Assembly: GCA_043803945.1 (NCBI GenBank)
Contig: JAZDJN010000017.1
Span: 1-38,129 of the forward strand
Direction of reading: 5' to 3'
Source: a bacterium
GTDB taxonomy: Bacteria; Bacteroidota; Ignavibacteria; UBA10030
Length of the DNA: 38,129 bases
The notes under the pieces were generated by a model. That model did not search any database, was not told where the DNA came from, and worked only from the letters and a program-made list of their open reading frames with translations. Positions within the stretch are counted from its first letter, which is position 1. Each line of letters opens with the position of its first letter. Positions 10,698 to 19,468 of this stretch are shown here, piece by piece. Both the position numbers and the translations under genes were made by a program.

Positions 10698-12164
10698 ATG
10701 GGTTTTACTTTCCTCGATTATCTCATTGTTGCTGCCTATCTTCTTGGAGTCACAATCACCGGTGTGATCATTGCTGGCAAGCAGAAGACATCCAAGGACT
10801 ACTTCCTCGGCGGAAAGGAAATGTCCTGGTGGTCTGTCGGTTTCTCCATCGTTGCCAGTGAGACGAGCACCCTCACCTTCATCAGCATTCCCGGGCTTGC
10901 CTACAAAACCGATATGCATTTCCTGCAGCTCGTTATAGGATACTTCATTGGACGATTGATTGTGAGTATGGTGTTTATCCCTGCCTACTATCAGGGCGAT
11001 CTGGAAACGGCATACGATTTTCTCGGAAAGCGGTTCGGGATGTCGCTCCGTAAATTTACCTCCTCCGTCTTCATTATCACACGGGTTCTTGCTTCAGGCG
11101 TCCGCCTGTTTGCCACAGCAATTCCGGTTCATCTGATCACTGGATTTGATTATTCAACCAGCATTCTCATCATCGGAATCTTCACCCTGCTCTACACCTA
11201 TCTCGGCGGATTGAAAGCGGTGGTCGCAATGGATGTTGTGCAGCTATTCATCTACCTGAGCGGCGCCGTTGTCTCAATGATCATCATCCTGCACCATCTC
11301 CCCAATGGATTTTCTGATGTCATCACCTTTGCTACTCGGGAGGGAATGAATAAATTTGAAATTTTCAACCTCAATTGGGGAACTGACATCCTCAATTTCC
11401 TCGCCACACCCTATACGCTCATCGGAGGAATACTCGGCGGAACGTTCCTGACGATGGCTTCACATGGTACAGATCAACTCCTTGTCCAACGCTTGCTCGG
11501 CTGCAAATCAAAGTGGGATAGCCAGCGGGCATTAATGCTCGATGCCACCATCATCGTTCTTCAATTTGCATTCTTCCTTATTTTGGGACTCTGCCTCTAC
11601 AGCTTTTATGGGGGTGTACCGTATCAGCAGATGGGGCTCTCTTCGTCCGATGAAATATTTCCAAAGTTTATCATTGAGAATCTTCCCAGTGGCATTGCCG
11701 GCCTTGTGGTTGCGGGTGTGCTCGCGTCGGCCATGGGGACACTCTCTTCTTCGATCAGTTCTCTCGCCTCATCCACGTATCTCGACCTTTTTAAACTGAC
11801 AGAGCGCGGAAAAACATTGAATGGGAAAGGGGAAATGCGATGGTCAAAGATTTTTACACTTCTCTGGGGTATTGTCCTGATCGGCGGTGCAATGTTATTC
11901 ACCGACACGAAAAATCCAGTGATTGAAATCGGATTGAAGATTGCTTCGTTTACCTATGGCGGGCTGTTGGGAACATTTTTCCTCGGGATATTATTCAAGA
12001 AAACAAACGAGACCGATGCAACGGTTGGCTTCGTTATTGGATTACTGACGATGGTCATCATTCTGAATTACACCACCATCGATTATACATGGCATACGTT
12101 CATTGGTTCCTGTTCAACGATCCTGGGCGGAAATTTAATGTGGATGATTCGGAGCAATCGATGA
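10698..12164 (+). CDS. Sodium:solute symporter (SSS family)
   Basis: DYFLGGK.MSWW, SIVASETSTLTFISIPG, YTYLGGLKAVV..DVVQ, GTDQLLVQRLL and about 13 TM segments. The start is uncertain (10683 or 10698). Confidence 0.93.
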   Translation: MGFTFLDYLIVAAYLLGVTITGVIIAGKQKTSKDYFLGGKEMSWWSVGFSIVASETSTLTFISIPGLAYKTDMHFLQLVIGYFIGRLIVSMVFIPAYYQGDLETAYDFLGKRFGMSLRKFTSSVFIITRVLASGVRLFATAIPVHLITGFDYSTSILIIGIFTLLYTYLGGLKAVVAMDVVQLFIYLSGAVVSMIIILHHLPNGFSDVITFATREGMNKFEIFNLNWGTDILNFLATPYTLIGGILGGTFLTMASHGTDQLLVQRLLGCKSKWDSQRALMLDATIIVLQFAFFLILGLCLYSFYGGVPYQQMGLSSSDEIFPKFIIENLPSGIAGLVVAGVLASAMGTLSSSISSLASSTYLDLFKLTERGKTLNGKGEMRWSKIFTLLWGIVLIGGAMLFTDTKNPVIEIGLKIASFTYGGLLGTFFLGILFKKTNETDATVGFVIGLLTMVIILNYTTIDYTWHTFIGSCSTILGGNLMWMIRSNR

Positions 12165-12201
12165 TCCAGTTCGATACCGTGAATGCGGATTGGTCTGATC
12201 G

Positions 12202-13137
12202 ATGAAAAAGCGAACGATACTCGTAGAGCAGCGGCCCCAGTCGGAGCTTGACCGCCAAATCGCCGACTACGGTACTCATCTCCAGGTTGAAAAAGGAGTT
12301 GCTCAACACACGCTCGCTTCCTATCGATTCGATCTTCAAAAGTATCATACCTTTCTTGACAGTGTCTCAATTACTTCCGCGCAACGGATCAAGGAACACC
12401 ATCTTTCCGATTTTCTCAAATTTCTCTTTCGCCGTCATCTCTCGCAGAGAAGCATCGCCCGGTGTATTTCTGCCGTGCGGGGTTTTCATCGGTTCCTTGT
12501 GGGTGAGGGGATTCACCACAACGATCCAACGGAGTATCTCGATTTGCCAAAGCGATCGCGCACCCTGCCTCAAGTATTGAACATTGTAGAGGTAGATCGG
12601 ATTCTGAATCAGCCGGATAACGGGAAACCGCTCGGACTGCGTGATCGGGCATTATTGGAGGTACTCTATGCCACAGGCATCAGAGTTTCCGAACTAATAA
12701 CGCTGAAGCAGGCCAATGTGTTGTTTGATGATGAATTAATCATTGTCTTTGGCAAGGGTTCAAAAGAACGGATGGTGCCGATCGGCAAATCGGCACAGGA
12801 ATGGGTGAAACGATATCAACAGGAAGTGAGAGTTTCATTGGCAAGAAAGGGGAAATCGCAGGATGTGCTCTTTCTCAATGCACGCGGAGGGGCGCTCTCC
12901 CGTGCTGCTGTGCGCGACATGGTCGATAAATATGCACAGGCAGCGGGAATCGAGAAACCTGTGCATCCCCACACCTTCCGGCATTCCTTTGCCACCCATT
13001 TGCTGGAAGGAGGAGCAGATCTCCGTGCAGTACAGGAGATGCTGGGCCACGCCGACATATCAACAACTCAAATATATACTCATGTCGATCGAGAATATCT
13101 GAAAGAAGTTCATCGCACATTTCATCCCAGAGGATGA
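12202..13137 (+). CDS. xerD: Site-specific tyrosine recombinase XerD
   Basis: RDRALLEVLYATGIRVSEL, GKGSKER, HPHTFRHSFATHLLEGGADLRAVQEMLGH, TTQIYTHV and terminal HPR. Confidence 0.93.
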   Translation: MKKRTILVEQRPQSELDRQIADYGTHLQVEKGVAQHTLASYRFDLQKYHTFLDSVSITSAQRIKEHHLSDFLKFLFRRHLSQRSIARCISAVRGFHRFLVGEGIHHNDPTEYLDLPKRSRTLPQVLNIVEVDRILNQPDNGKPLGLRDRALLEVLYATGIRVSELITLKQANVLFDDELIIVFGKGSKERMVPIGKSAQEWVKRYQQEVRVSLARKGKSQDVLFLNARGGALSRAAVRDMVDKYAQAAGIEKPVHPHTFRHSFATHLLEGGADLRAVQEMLGHADISTTQIYTHVDREYLKEVHRTFHPRG

Positions 13138-13212
13138 AGATCGGAAGCTTGCAATTCATTCCCGCGGACACTATCTTCATATGCAACGCCGATAGTAAGA
13201 AAGGAGCAAATC

Positions 13213-13920
13213 ATGACTCGCACCCTGCTCAACAAAGTATTCCTGGGGATTCTCATAGGGCTGCTTTCGATGGATACAGCCTGCAAAAAAACCGAGAGTA
13301 ATCCCGTTACTTCCGAAAACGACCTCCCGACCGCAAATCTTTTTCCCTGGTCTCCGGGACGGCTCTTTGTTTACTCAGCGTACGATCTTGACACCACGAA
13401 CAGTCAGAAAGTTTCCAGTTCGGTACACAAAGAGGTCACCTACGTCCAGAGTACGGCAAACTATCAGGGAAAGAACGCTCTCCGTCTTATCGATTCGATC
13501 TATTCTCCTTCAGGAACACTTACCACGATCGATACTGCTTATATTGCACTTGAGTCAATCGACCTCTATGGATGGAATAGCGGATGGGTGGCCCTCTGCA
13601 AACGCTCTGCAGGATTGAATATCGAATACGATGCAGGCCAGGTTCAGGAAATAGTGATGGGAATTACATTAACCCTGAATGCAAAGGGAAAGATTTACCC
13701 GAAGGAAGATGTTAGCGTACCAATTGGTACGATGAAAGCGTTCAAGTCAGAGTTCCGTATCAATGTAAATATTGCCGGCATAGCGATCGATGCGCTTTCC
13801 TACTTCTATTTTGCAGATGGATATGGTTTGGTCAAATCGACAACCCCACCGCCGCGCGATCCATTGACAGGAAAAAAAACCGTCGGGACGGAATTAATCC
13901 TGGTCAGCAAGAATTTTTAA
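13213..13920 (+). CDS. Putative lipoprotein of unknown function
   Basis: RBS AAGGAG, signal peptide with TAC-KK lipobox-like site, C-terminal VSVPIGT.KAFK and YFADGYGLVK. Confidence 0.8.
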   Translation: MTRTLLNKVFLGILIGLLSMDTACKKTESNPVTSENDLPTANLFPWSPGRLFVYSAYDLDTTNSQKVSSSVHKEVTYVQSTANYQGKNALRLIDSIYSPSGTLTTIDTAYIALESIDLYGWNSGWVALCKRSAGLNIEYDAGQVQEIVMGITLTLNAKGKIYPKEDVSVPIGTMKAFKSEFRINVNIAGIAIDALSYFYFADGYGLVKSTTPPPRDPLTGKKTVGTELILVSKNF

Positions 13921-14141
13921 GCGAATTCCCGTTATTGGATTTTGTGTGCTGAACCGGCGAGCACCTCCCCTCTCCCTGTTGCAATTAAAAAAACCTCAAC
14001 AAGTGTGCCGAGGCGTGAAGAGCTTGAGTTTGTAGCGTTTTTTTGCTAAATATCTAATACGGAATGCTATACTCCGTATCATCCCAATGGCTTGCAGCAC
14101 TGCTTGTTCTAATCTATTCAATGGATTGAAAAGGTTATGTC

Positions 14142-15203
14142 GTGGAAGAGATAGCACACCGAAGATTGCTTATTCTGGCCGAAGGGCTTTTTGGTCCGGT
14201 CACTTCTAAAACTGCGAATGGTGCATTGGCATATTTACCAGAACAGGTTGTTGCGATAATCGATTCAACTAAAGCGGGAATGACTGTGCAGCAGATCCTC
14301 GGATTTGGCGGCGGGATCCCCGTTGTGCAAAACCTGAACGAAGGGATTCGGTATCACCCGACTCATCTTCTGATCGGAATTGCCCCGACGGGTGGACGGC
14401 TGCCTGAGGAGTGGCGAAGAACGTTGCGCGATGCAATCGGATGGAAACTCTCAATTATCAGCGGGCTTCATACAATTCTTTCGGATGATTCGGAACTTGT
14501 TGCACTGGCTCAGCGTCAGGGAATTGAATTGATCGATTTGCGGAAGATTCCTCCCGAATCGGAAATTGTTGCACGAGGCAGCTGGCGCGGGAGAAAGGCC
14601 AATGTTGTGCTCACCATTGGCACGGATTGTAATATCGGGAAGAAAACCACGATCATTGAATTGGATAAAGATTTTAAACGGCGCGGTCTGCGTTCAGATT
14701 ATATTGCCACCGGCCAGACCGGAATACTTATTCGCGGGCGGGGCATCGCTGTTGATTCGATCATCGGCGATTATATCGCCGGCAGCATCGAGCGGGAAAT
14801 TGATCGCTCCGTTGACGAAGGCTATGAGTATATTCTTGTCGAAGGCCAGGGCGCACTTACCCATATGGGATACTCCAGCGTATCGCTCGGCTTGCTCCAT
14901 GGCACAATGCCCGACGCGATGGTACTTTGCCACATGCCGGCCCGGAAAATAGATAAGTACGGACTTCCTCTGCCCGATCTGAAGAAGGTGATTCAGTTTC
15001 ATGAGGAGGCAGTAAAGTTTTTCAAGGAGACGAAAGTTGTGGCGATCGGATTAAATTCGATCGGCTTAACGGATGAAGAGTCGCTGAGCATTGGAGAGCA
15101 GATCACAAACGAAACGGGACTCCCCGCTGGTGATGCATTCCGCTTCGGCCCTCAGCGTATTTCCGAGGCGGTGTTGGCGTATTTTCGAACACGAACGAAT
15201 TGA
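14142..15203 (+). CDS. DUF1611 family protein (DgcN-like P-loop N-acetyltransferase)
   Basis: KTANG, IGIAPTGGRLP, ISGLH, GTDCNIGKKTT, ATGQTGI, VEGQG and LLHG..PD. Confidence 0.9.
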   Translation: MEEIAHRRLLILAEGLFGPVTSKTANGALAYLPEQVVAIIDSTKAGMTVQQILGFGGGIPVVQNLNEGIRYHPTHLLIGIAPTGGRLPEEWRRTLRDAIGWKLSIISGLHTILSDDSELVALAQRQGIELIDLRKIPPESEIVARGSWRGRKANVVLTIGTDCNIGKKTTIIELDKDFKRRGLRSDYIATGQTGILIRGRGIAVDSIIGDYIAGSIEREIDRSVDEGYEYILVEGQGALTHMGYSSVSLGLLHGTMPDAMVLCHMPARKIDKYGLPLPDLKKVIQFHEEAVKFFKETKVVAIGLNSIGLTDEESLSIGEQITNETGLPAGDAFRFGPQRISEAVLAYFRTRTN

Positions 15204-15218
15204 AAAAGGAGTAAGAGC

Positions 15219-16484
15219 GTGCAGCATTTTGAATATCGACAAAATCAGATGTATTGCGAGGATGTGCCTCTCCGTGAGCTGGCCGAAGAATTTGGGACTC
15301 CTCTTTATGTTTACAGCAAGAACCAGATACTCGATAACTATTGCCAGATCAGGTCCGCATTTGGTGCCGCTCAACATACCATCTGTTATGCATTTAAAGC
15401 CAACTCGAACCTTTCCATTCTGAAGATTCTGGCTGAAGAGGGAGCGGGAGCAGACGTTGTTTCGGCAGGAGAGTTATACCTGGCCCTCAAGGCAGGTTTT
15501 TCACCCGAGAAGATCGCCTTTGCGGGCGTTGGAAAACGGGAGGATGAAATTGAGTATGCACTGCGGGAACAGGTATACTCCATCAACGCTGAATCCATCC
15601 AGGAAATGCAATTGATCTCGTTGATCGCTATGCGGAATCAGACAAAGGCTCGAATCTCGATTCGCGTAAACCCCAACATCGATGCCCAGAGCCATCCGTA
15701 CATTTCCACCGGATTGCGCCAGCATAAGTTTGGTATTAGTGCGGAAGATCTTCTGCAGGTTTATCAATTTGCCGTTTCGTTACCCTCGGTTGAAGTGATT
15801 GGGGTACATACCCACATCGGCTCTCAGATTGTCAAGGTCGAGCCGTATGCGGAAACTGCAGCGTTCATTGCAGAGACCGTCAGGAAACTGCGGGAGGTTA
15901 ATATTCCTCTGCACCATATCGATTTCGGCGGCGGATTCGGTGTGCAATATGTGAATGCTATTGCCCATGAAGCGCTGCCGAAGGAAGATATGGCATTGAC
16001 CTATCCTGCGATGCATGAATTCATGCAGGCAGTATTACCTGTGCTGGAACCGCTCGGGTGTTCCATCTGGATGGAGCCGGGACGCTCCATCGTTGCCAAC
16101 GCTGGCGTTCTCCTGACGAAAATTCTCTATACGAAAGAGAATGGGGCGAAAAAATTTGTGATTGTCGATGCCGGCATGAACGATATGCTCCGGCCATCAC
16201 TCTACAACGCCCATCATCAAATTGTCCCACTCACGATTGAAACCTATGAACACGAACGGGTTGATGTCGTAGGGCCACTATGCGAGAGCGGGGATTTCTT
16301 TGCCAGGGATCGATTGCTCTCCAAGCCAAAGCGTAACGAGTTCCTCTCCCTCATGACTACCGGTGCCTACGGCTTTGTTAATACATCAAATTATAATTCT
16401 CGACTCCGGCCGGCTGAAATTCTTGTCAATGGGGACCGTGTGAGAGTGATCCGTGAGAGAGAAACCTTTGAAGACTTACTATAA
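15219..16484 (+). CDS. lysA: Diaminopimelate decarboxylase
   Basis: GTPLYVYS, YAFKAN (PLP lysine), HIGSQ, DFGGG, EPGR, GPLCESGD and GAYG..SNYN. Confidence 0.97.
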   Translation: MQHFEYRQNQMYCEDVPLRELAEEFGTPLYVYSKNQILDNYCQIRSAFGAAQHTICYAFKANSNLSILKILAEEGAGADVVSAGELYLALKAGFSPEKIAFAGVGKREDEIEYALREQVYSINAESIQEMQLISLIAMRNQTKARISIRVNPNIDAQSHPYISTGLRQHKFGISAEDLLQVYQFAVSLPSVEVIGVHTHIGSQIVKVEPYAETAAFIAETVRKLREVNIPLHHIDFGGGFGVQYVNAIAHEALPKEDMALTYPAMHEFMQAVLPVLEPLGCSIWMEPGRSIVANAGVLLTKILYTKENGAKKFVIVDAGMNDMLRPSLYNAHHQIVPLTIETYEHERVDVVGPLCESGDFFARDRLLSKPKRNEFLSLMTTGAYGFVNTSNYNSRLRPAEILVNGDRVRVIRERETFEDLL

Positions 16485-16506
16485 TTGAACGGGAGGGAGA
16501 ACGACC

Positions 16507-17499
16507 ATGAAATTGCAGGATGTCGCTATTGTCGGTGCAACCGGGCTTGTCGGTCGTGCGATGGTGAGAGTGCTGGAGGAGCGGAATTTTCCGGTCAATA
16601 AGCTTGTACTGCTCGCCTCGGAACGCTCGGCGGGAAAGGAAATTCCCTTCCATGGGAAATCAATCAGAGTGGAGAAACTCGATCCTGAAAAATTCAAGCA
16701 AATGGAGTTTGTTCTCTTTTCTGCCGGCGCGGCGATCAGCAAAGAGTATGCTCCTCTGGCAGTCAAGGCGGGTGCCGTGGTGATCGATAATAGCAGTGCC
16801 TTCCGTATGGATCAATTCGTACCACTTGCCGTTCCCGAAGTCAATCGAAGGGAGATCTTCAAACATAAAGGGATCATCGCCAATCCGAATTGCTCAACGA
16901 TTCAAATGGTGGTGGTGTTAAAACCGCTGCACGACCTCTTCAAGATCAAACGTGTTGTTGTGTCAACCTATCAATCAGTGACCGGAGCCGGAAATAAAGC
17001 CGTGCTCCAATTGCAGGATGAATTAGCAAATCGATTGCCACAAGAAAAGAAATTTCCCCATCCCATCGCCTACAACTGTCTGCCCCACATTGACATCTTT
17101 TTTGATGACGGCTACACGAAGGAAGAGGTGAAGATGATGGAAGAGACAAAGAAGATCATGGGAGAGAATATTAAAGTGACGGCGACCACTGTTCGCGTTC
17201 CGGTGATGGGAGGCCACAGTGAATCGGTGAATATCGAATTTGAAAAGCATTGCACCGTACAGGATGTGAAGGCAGCGCTCGCCAAAGCACCGGGGATCAT
17301 TCTCCAGGATGATCCGATGAATAACATCTATCCGATGCCCATTAATTCTCATGATCGGGATGAGGTCTTTGTGGGCAGAATCAGACAGGATGAGACCGTA
17401 AAGCATGGTATCAATCTCTGGATCGTTGCGGACAATATCCGTAAGGGTGCTGCAACAAATGCCGTGCAAATTGCCGAAGCACTCGTGCTGGGACGTTAA
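16507..17499 (+). CDS. asd: Aspartate-semialdehyde dehydrogenase
   Basis: VGATGLVG, DNSSAFRM, ANPNCST, YQSVTGAG, RVPV..GHSE and DNIRKGAATNAVQIAE. Confidence 0.97.
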   Translation: MKLQDVAIVGATGLVGRAMVRVLEERNFPVNKLVLLASERSAGKEIPFHGKSIRVEKLDPEKFKQMEFVLFSAGAAISKEYAPLAVKAGAVVIDNSSAFRMDQFVPLAVPEVNRREIFKHKGIIANPNCSTIQMVVVLKPLHDLFKIKRVVVSTYQSVTGAGNKAVLQLQDELANRLPQEKKFPHPIAYNCLPHIDIFFDDGYTKEEVKMMEETKKIMGENIKVTATTVRVPVMGGHSESVNIEFEKHCTVQDVKAALAKAPGIILQDDPMNNIYPMPINSHDRDEVFVGRIRQDETVKHGINLWIVADNIRKGAATNAVQIAEALVLGR

Positions 17500-17516
17500 G
17501 AGAGCCAAACGAAGCC

Positions 17517-19373
17517 ATGACGATTGAATTTCGAAAACGAATTCGACAAGGACCATTGCTTTGCGACGGAGCTATGGGTACGCTTCTCGATCTGTATGAG
17601 TACGATGAACTTCCCCATGATCTTCAGAACATCAAAAATCCTGACATTGTTGAACGAGTTCATCGGGAGTATATTGATGCAGGTGCCGACCTCATTGAGA
17701 CGAATACATTCTCTGCAAATCGCTATCGGCTTCTGGAGTATCACCTGGAGGATCGTCTTGAGGAAATCAATCGACGCGGAGTGGAAATTGCACAGCGTGC
17801 GGCCGGCGGCCGTGTCTACATTGCCGGTGCTGTTGGACCGACTGGAAAACTGCTTGAACCGATTGGCAAGGTAAAACTCAGGGAAGCCCGAAGCGCCTTC
17901 AAAGAGCAGATGGAAATTCTGGTGAAAGCCGGAGTCGATCTGCTCATGCTTGAGACCTTTGTCAGTCTTAACGAGTTGGATGAAGCGATCGATGCGGCGC
18001 GGGAGGTGTCCGATCTGCCGATTGTTGCCCAGAAAGCGTTTCCTGAAGATGGCTCTATTCTCTCTGGATCATTCCCTCTCGAAGTGGTTGAACATTTACT
18101 CAGCAAAGGCGTCGATGTTATCGGCGCGAATTGTACGGTGGGGCCGCAGCGTATGTTCAGCCTTATCCGAAGCATGTATAAAGATGGAGTGGTTCTTTCT
18201 GCGCAACCGGCGGCGGGAATACCAACATTACTGAATGGCCGCGCTGTGTATCATACGGGACCAGAATATCTTGCAACCTATGCAAAGGAGCTCGTTCAGG
18301 CCGGTGTTACGTTAATTGGTGCGTGTTGTGGATCCACACCGGCTCATATCCGCGCGATGCGTGCAGTGCTCAATACAGTCCAGCAACAGGAACTGTCGCG
18401 TGGAACGCTCCCCCTGCAGAGTCTTCAAGAAACTTCACCATCGGTTGCTCTTCAACCAAGCATTGAGATTAAGACCGCTCCGCGGGAAAAAGAGCAATCA
18501 CGCTTTGCACAAGCGGTGGGGAAGCGCTTTATGACGTCGGTGGAACTGGATATTCCCCGCGGTGTCGATATATCCTCAGTGTTGGAAGGCGCCCGCTATT
18601 TACACCGACACGGTATCGATGCTATTAATATTACCGATGGCGCCCGTGCGCGGCTGAGAATGAGTCCGATTGCAATTTCTGCCCTTGTTCAGCGCCACGT
18701 TGGCATTGAAACTATGACCCACATGACAACGCGGGATCGGAATCTCATCGGATTGCAGGCGGAACTTCTCGGTGCTCATGCACTGGGAATCCGGAATATT
18801 CTCTGTGTCACTGGCGATCCGGCAAAGGTAGGAGATTATCCTCACGCCACATCTGTATTCGATATCGACTCCATCGGGCTCATTCGAGCACTTCATGCTA
18901 TGAATGAAGGGAAGGATTTGATGGGGAATACCATCGAGGGCGAGACTTCATTTACCATTGCATGTGCCGCCAATCCGAAAGCGGACAATAGGGATGGTGA
19001 GGTGGAGAGGCTCGAGAGAAAAATTGCCGCCGGGGCAAATATCATTTTTACTCAGCCGATCTATGAGTTGCGCACACTGGAACAATTTTTACGGCGCATC
19101 GAACAGTGGAAAATTCCGGTGATGGTGGGAATACTGCCCTTGCGAAGTTATCGCCATGCTGAATTTCTCCATCACGAAATTCCCGGTATGAATATTCCAG
19201 AAACGATCCGCGAAGCACTTCGTTCGGCTGGACCAACCGCCGCATCAAAAGGTGTCGAGCTTGCCCGTCAATTTCTCCACGAGGCACGAACGCTTATTGC
19301 AGGTGCCTATCTTATGCCCCCGTTTAAAAAATATGAGGTAGTCCCTAAAATTCTGGAGAGCCTCAAAGACTGA
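17517..19373 (+). CDS. yitJ: Bifunctional homocysteine S-methyltransferase / methylenetetrahydrofolate reductase
   Basis: DGAMGT, ETNTF, GANC and GACCGS zinc ligands, followed by an MTHFR domain (NITDGARARLRMS, RDRN, VTGDP, TQPIY). Confidence 0.93.
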   Translation: MTIEFRKRIRQGPLLCDGAMGTLLDLYEYDELPHDLQNIKNPDIVERVHREYIDAGADLIETNTFSANRYRLLEYHLEDRLEEINRRGVEIAQRAAGGRVYIAGAVGPTGKLLEPIGKVKLREARSAFKEQMEILVKAGVDLLMLETFVSLNELDEAIDAAREVSDLPIVAQKAFPEDGSILSGSFPLEVVEHLLSKGVDVIGANCTVGPQRMFSLIRSMYKDGVVLSAQPAAGIPTLLNGRAVYHTGPEYLATYAKELVQAGVTLIGACCGSTPAHIRAMRAVLNTVQQQELSRGTLPLQSLQETSPSVALQPSIEIKTAPREKEQSRFAQAVGKRFMTSVELDIPRGVDISSVLEGARYLHRHGIDAINITDGARARLRMSPIAISALVQRHVGIETMTHMTTRDRNLIGLQAELLGAHALGIRNILCVTGDPAKVGDYPHATSVFDIDSIGLIRALHAMNEGKDLMGNTIEGETSFTIACAANPKADNRDGEVERLERKIAAGANIIFTQPIYELRTLEQFLRRIEQWKIPVMVGILPLRSYRHAEFLHHEIPGMNIPETIREALRSAGPTAASKGVELARQFLHEARTLIAGAYLMPPFKKYEVVPKILESLKD

Positions 19374-19468
19374 TCTGTGCACCGATCGATTTCCAGACCG
19401 GCCCTATTGACTATAATTCTTGCTTATTCAAATCCTTTTTGCGAATATTGACGCAGGAGGGATACAAG

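Noticed and set aside
12202-13137. Phage or island integrase
   Set aside because: It has canonical XerD motifs and housekeeping neighbours, with no att site or tRNA nearby.
13921-14141. Lysine or SAM riboswitch ahead of lysA-asd-yitJ
   Set aside because: No recognisable L-box or S-box consensus was found, only short weak stems.
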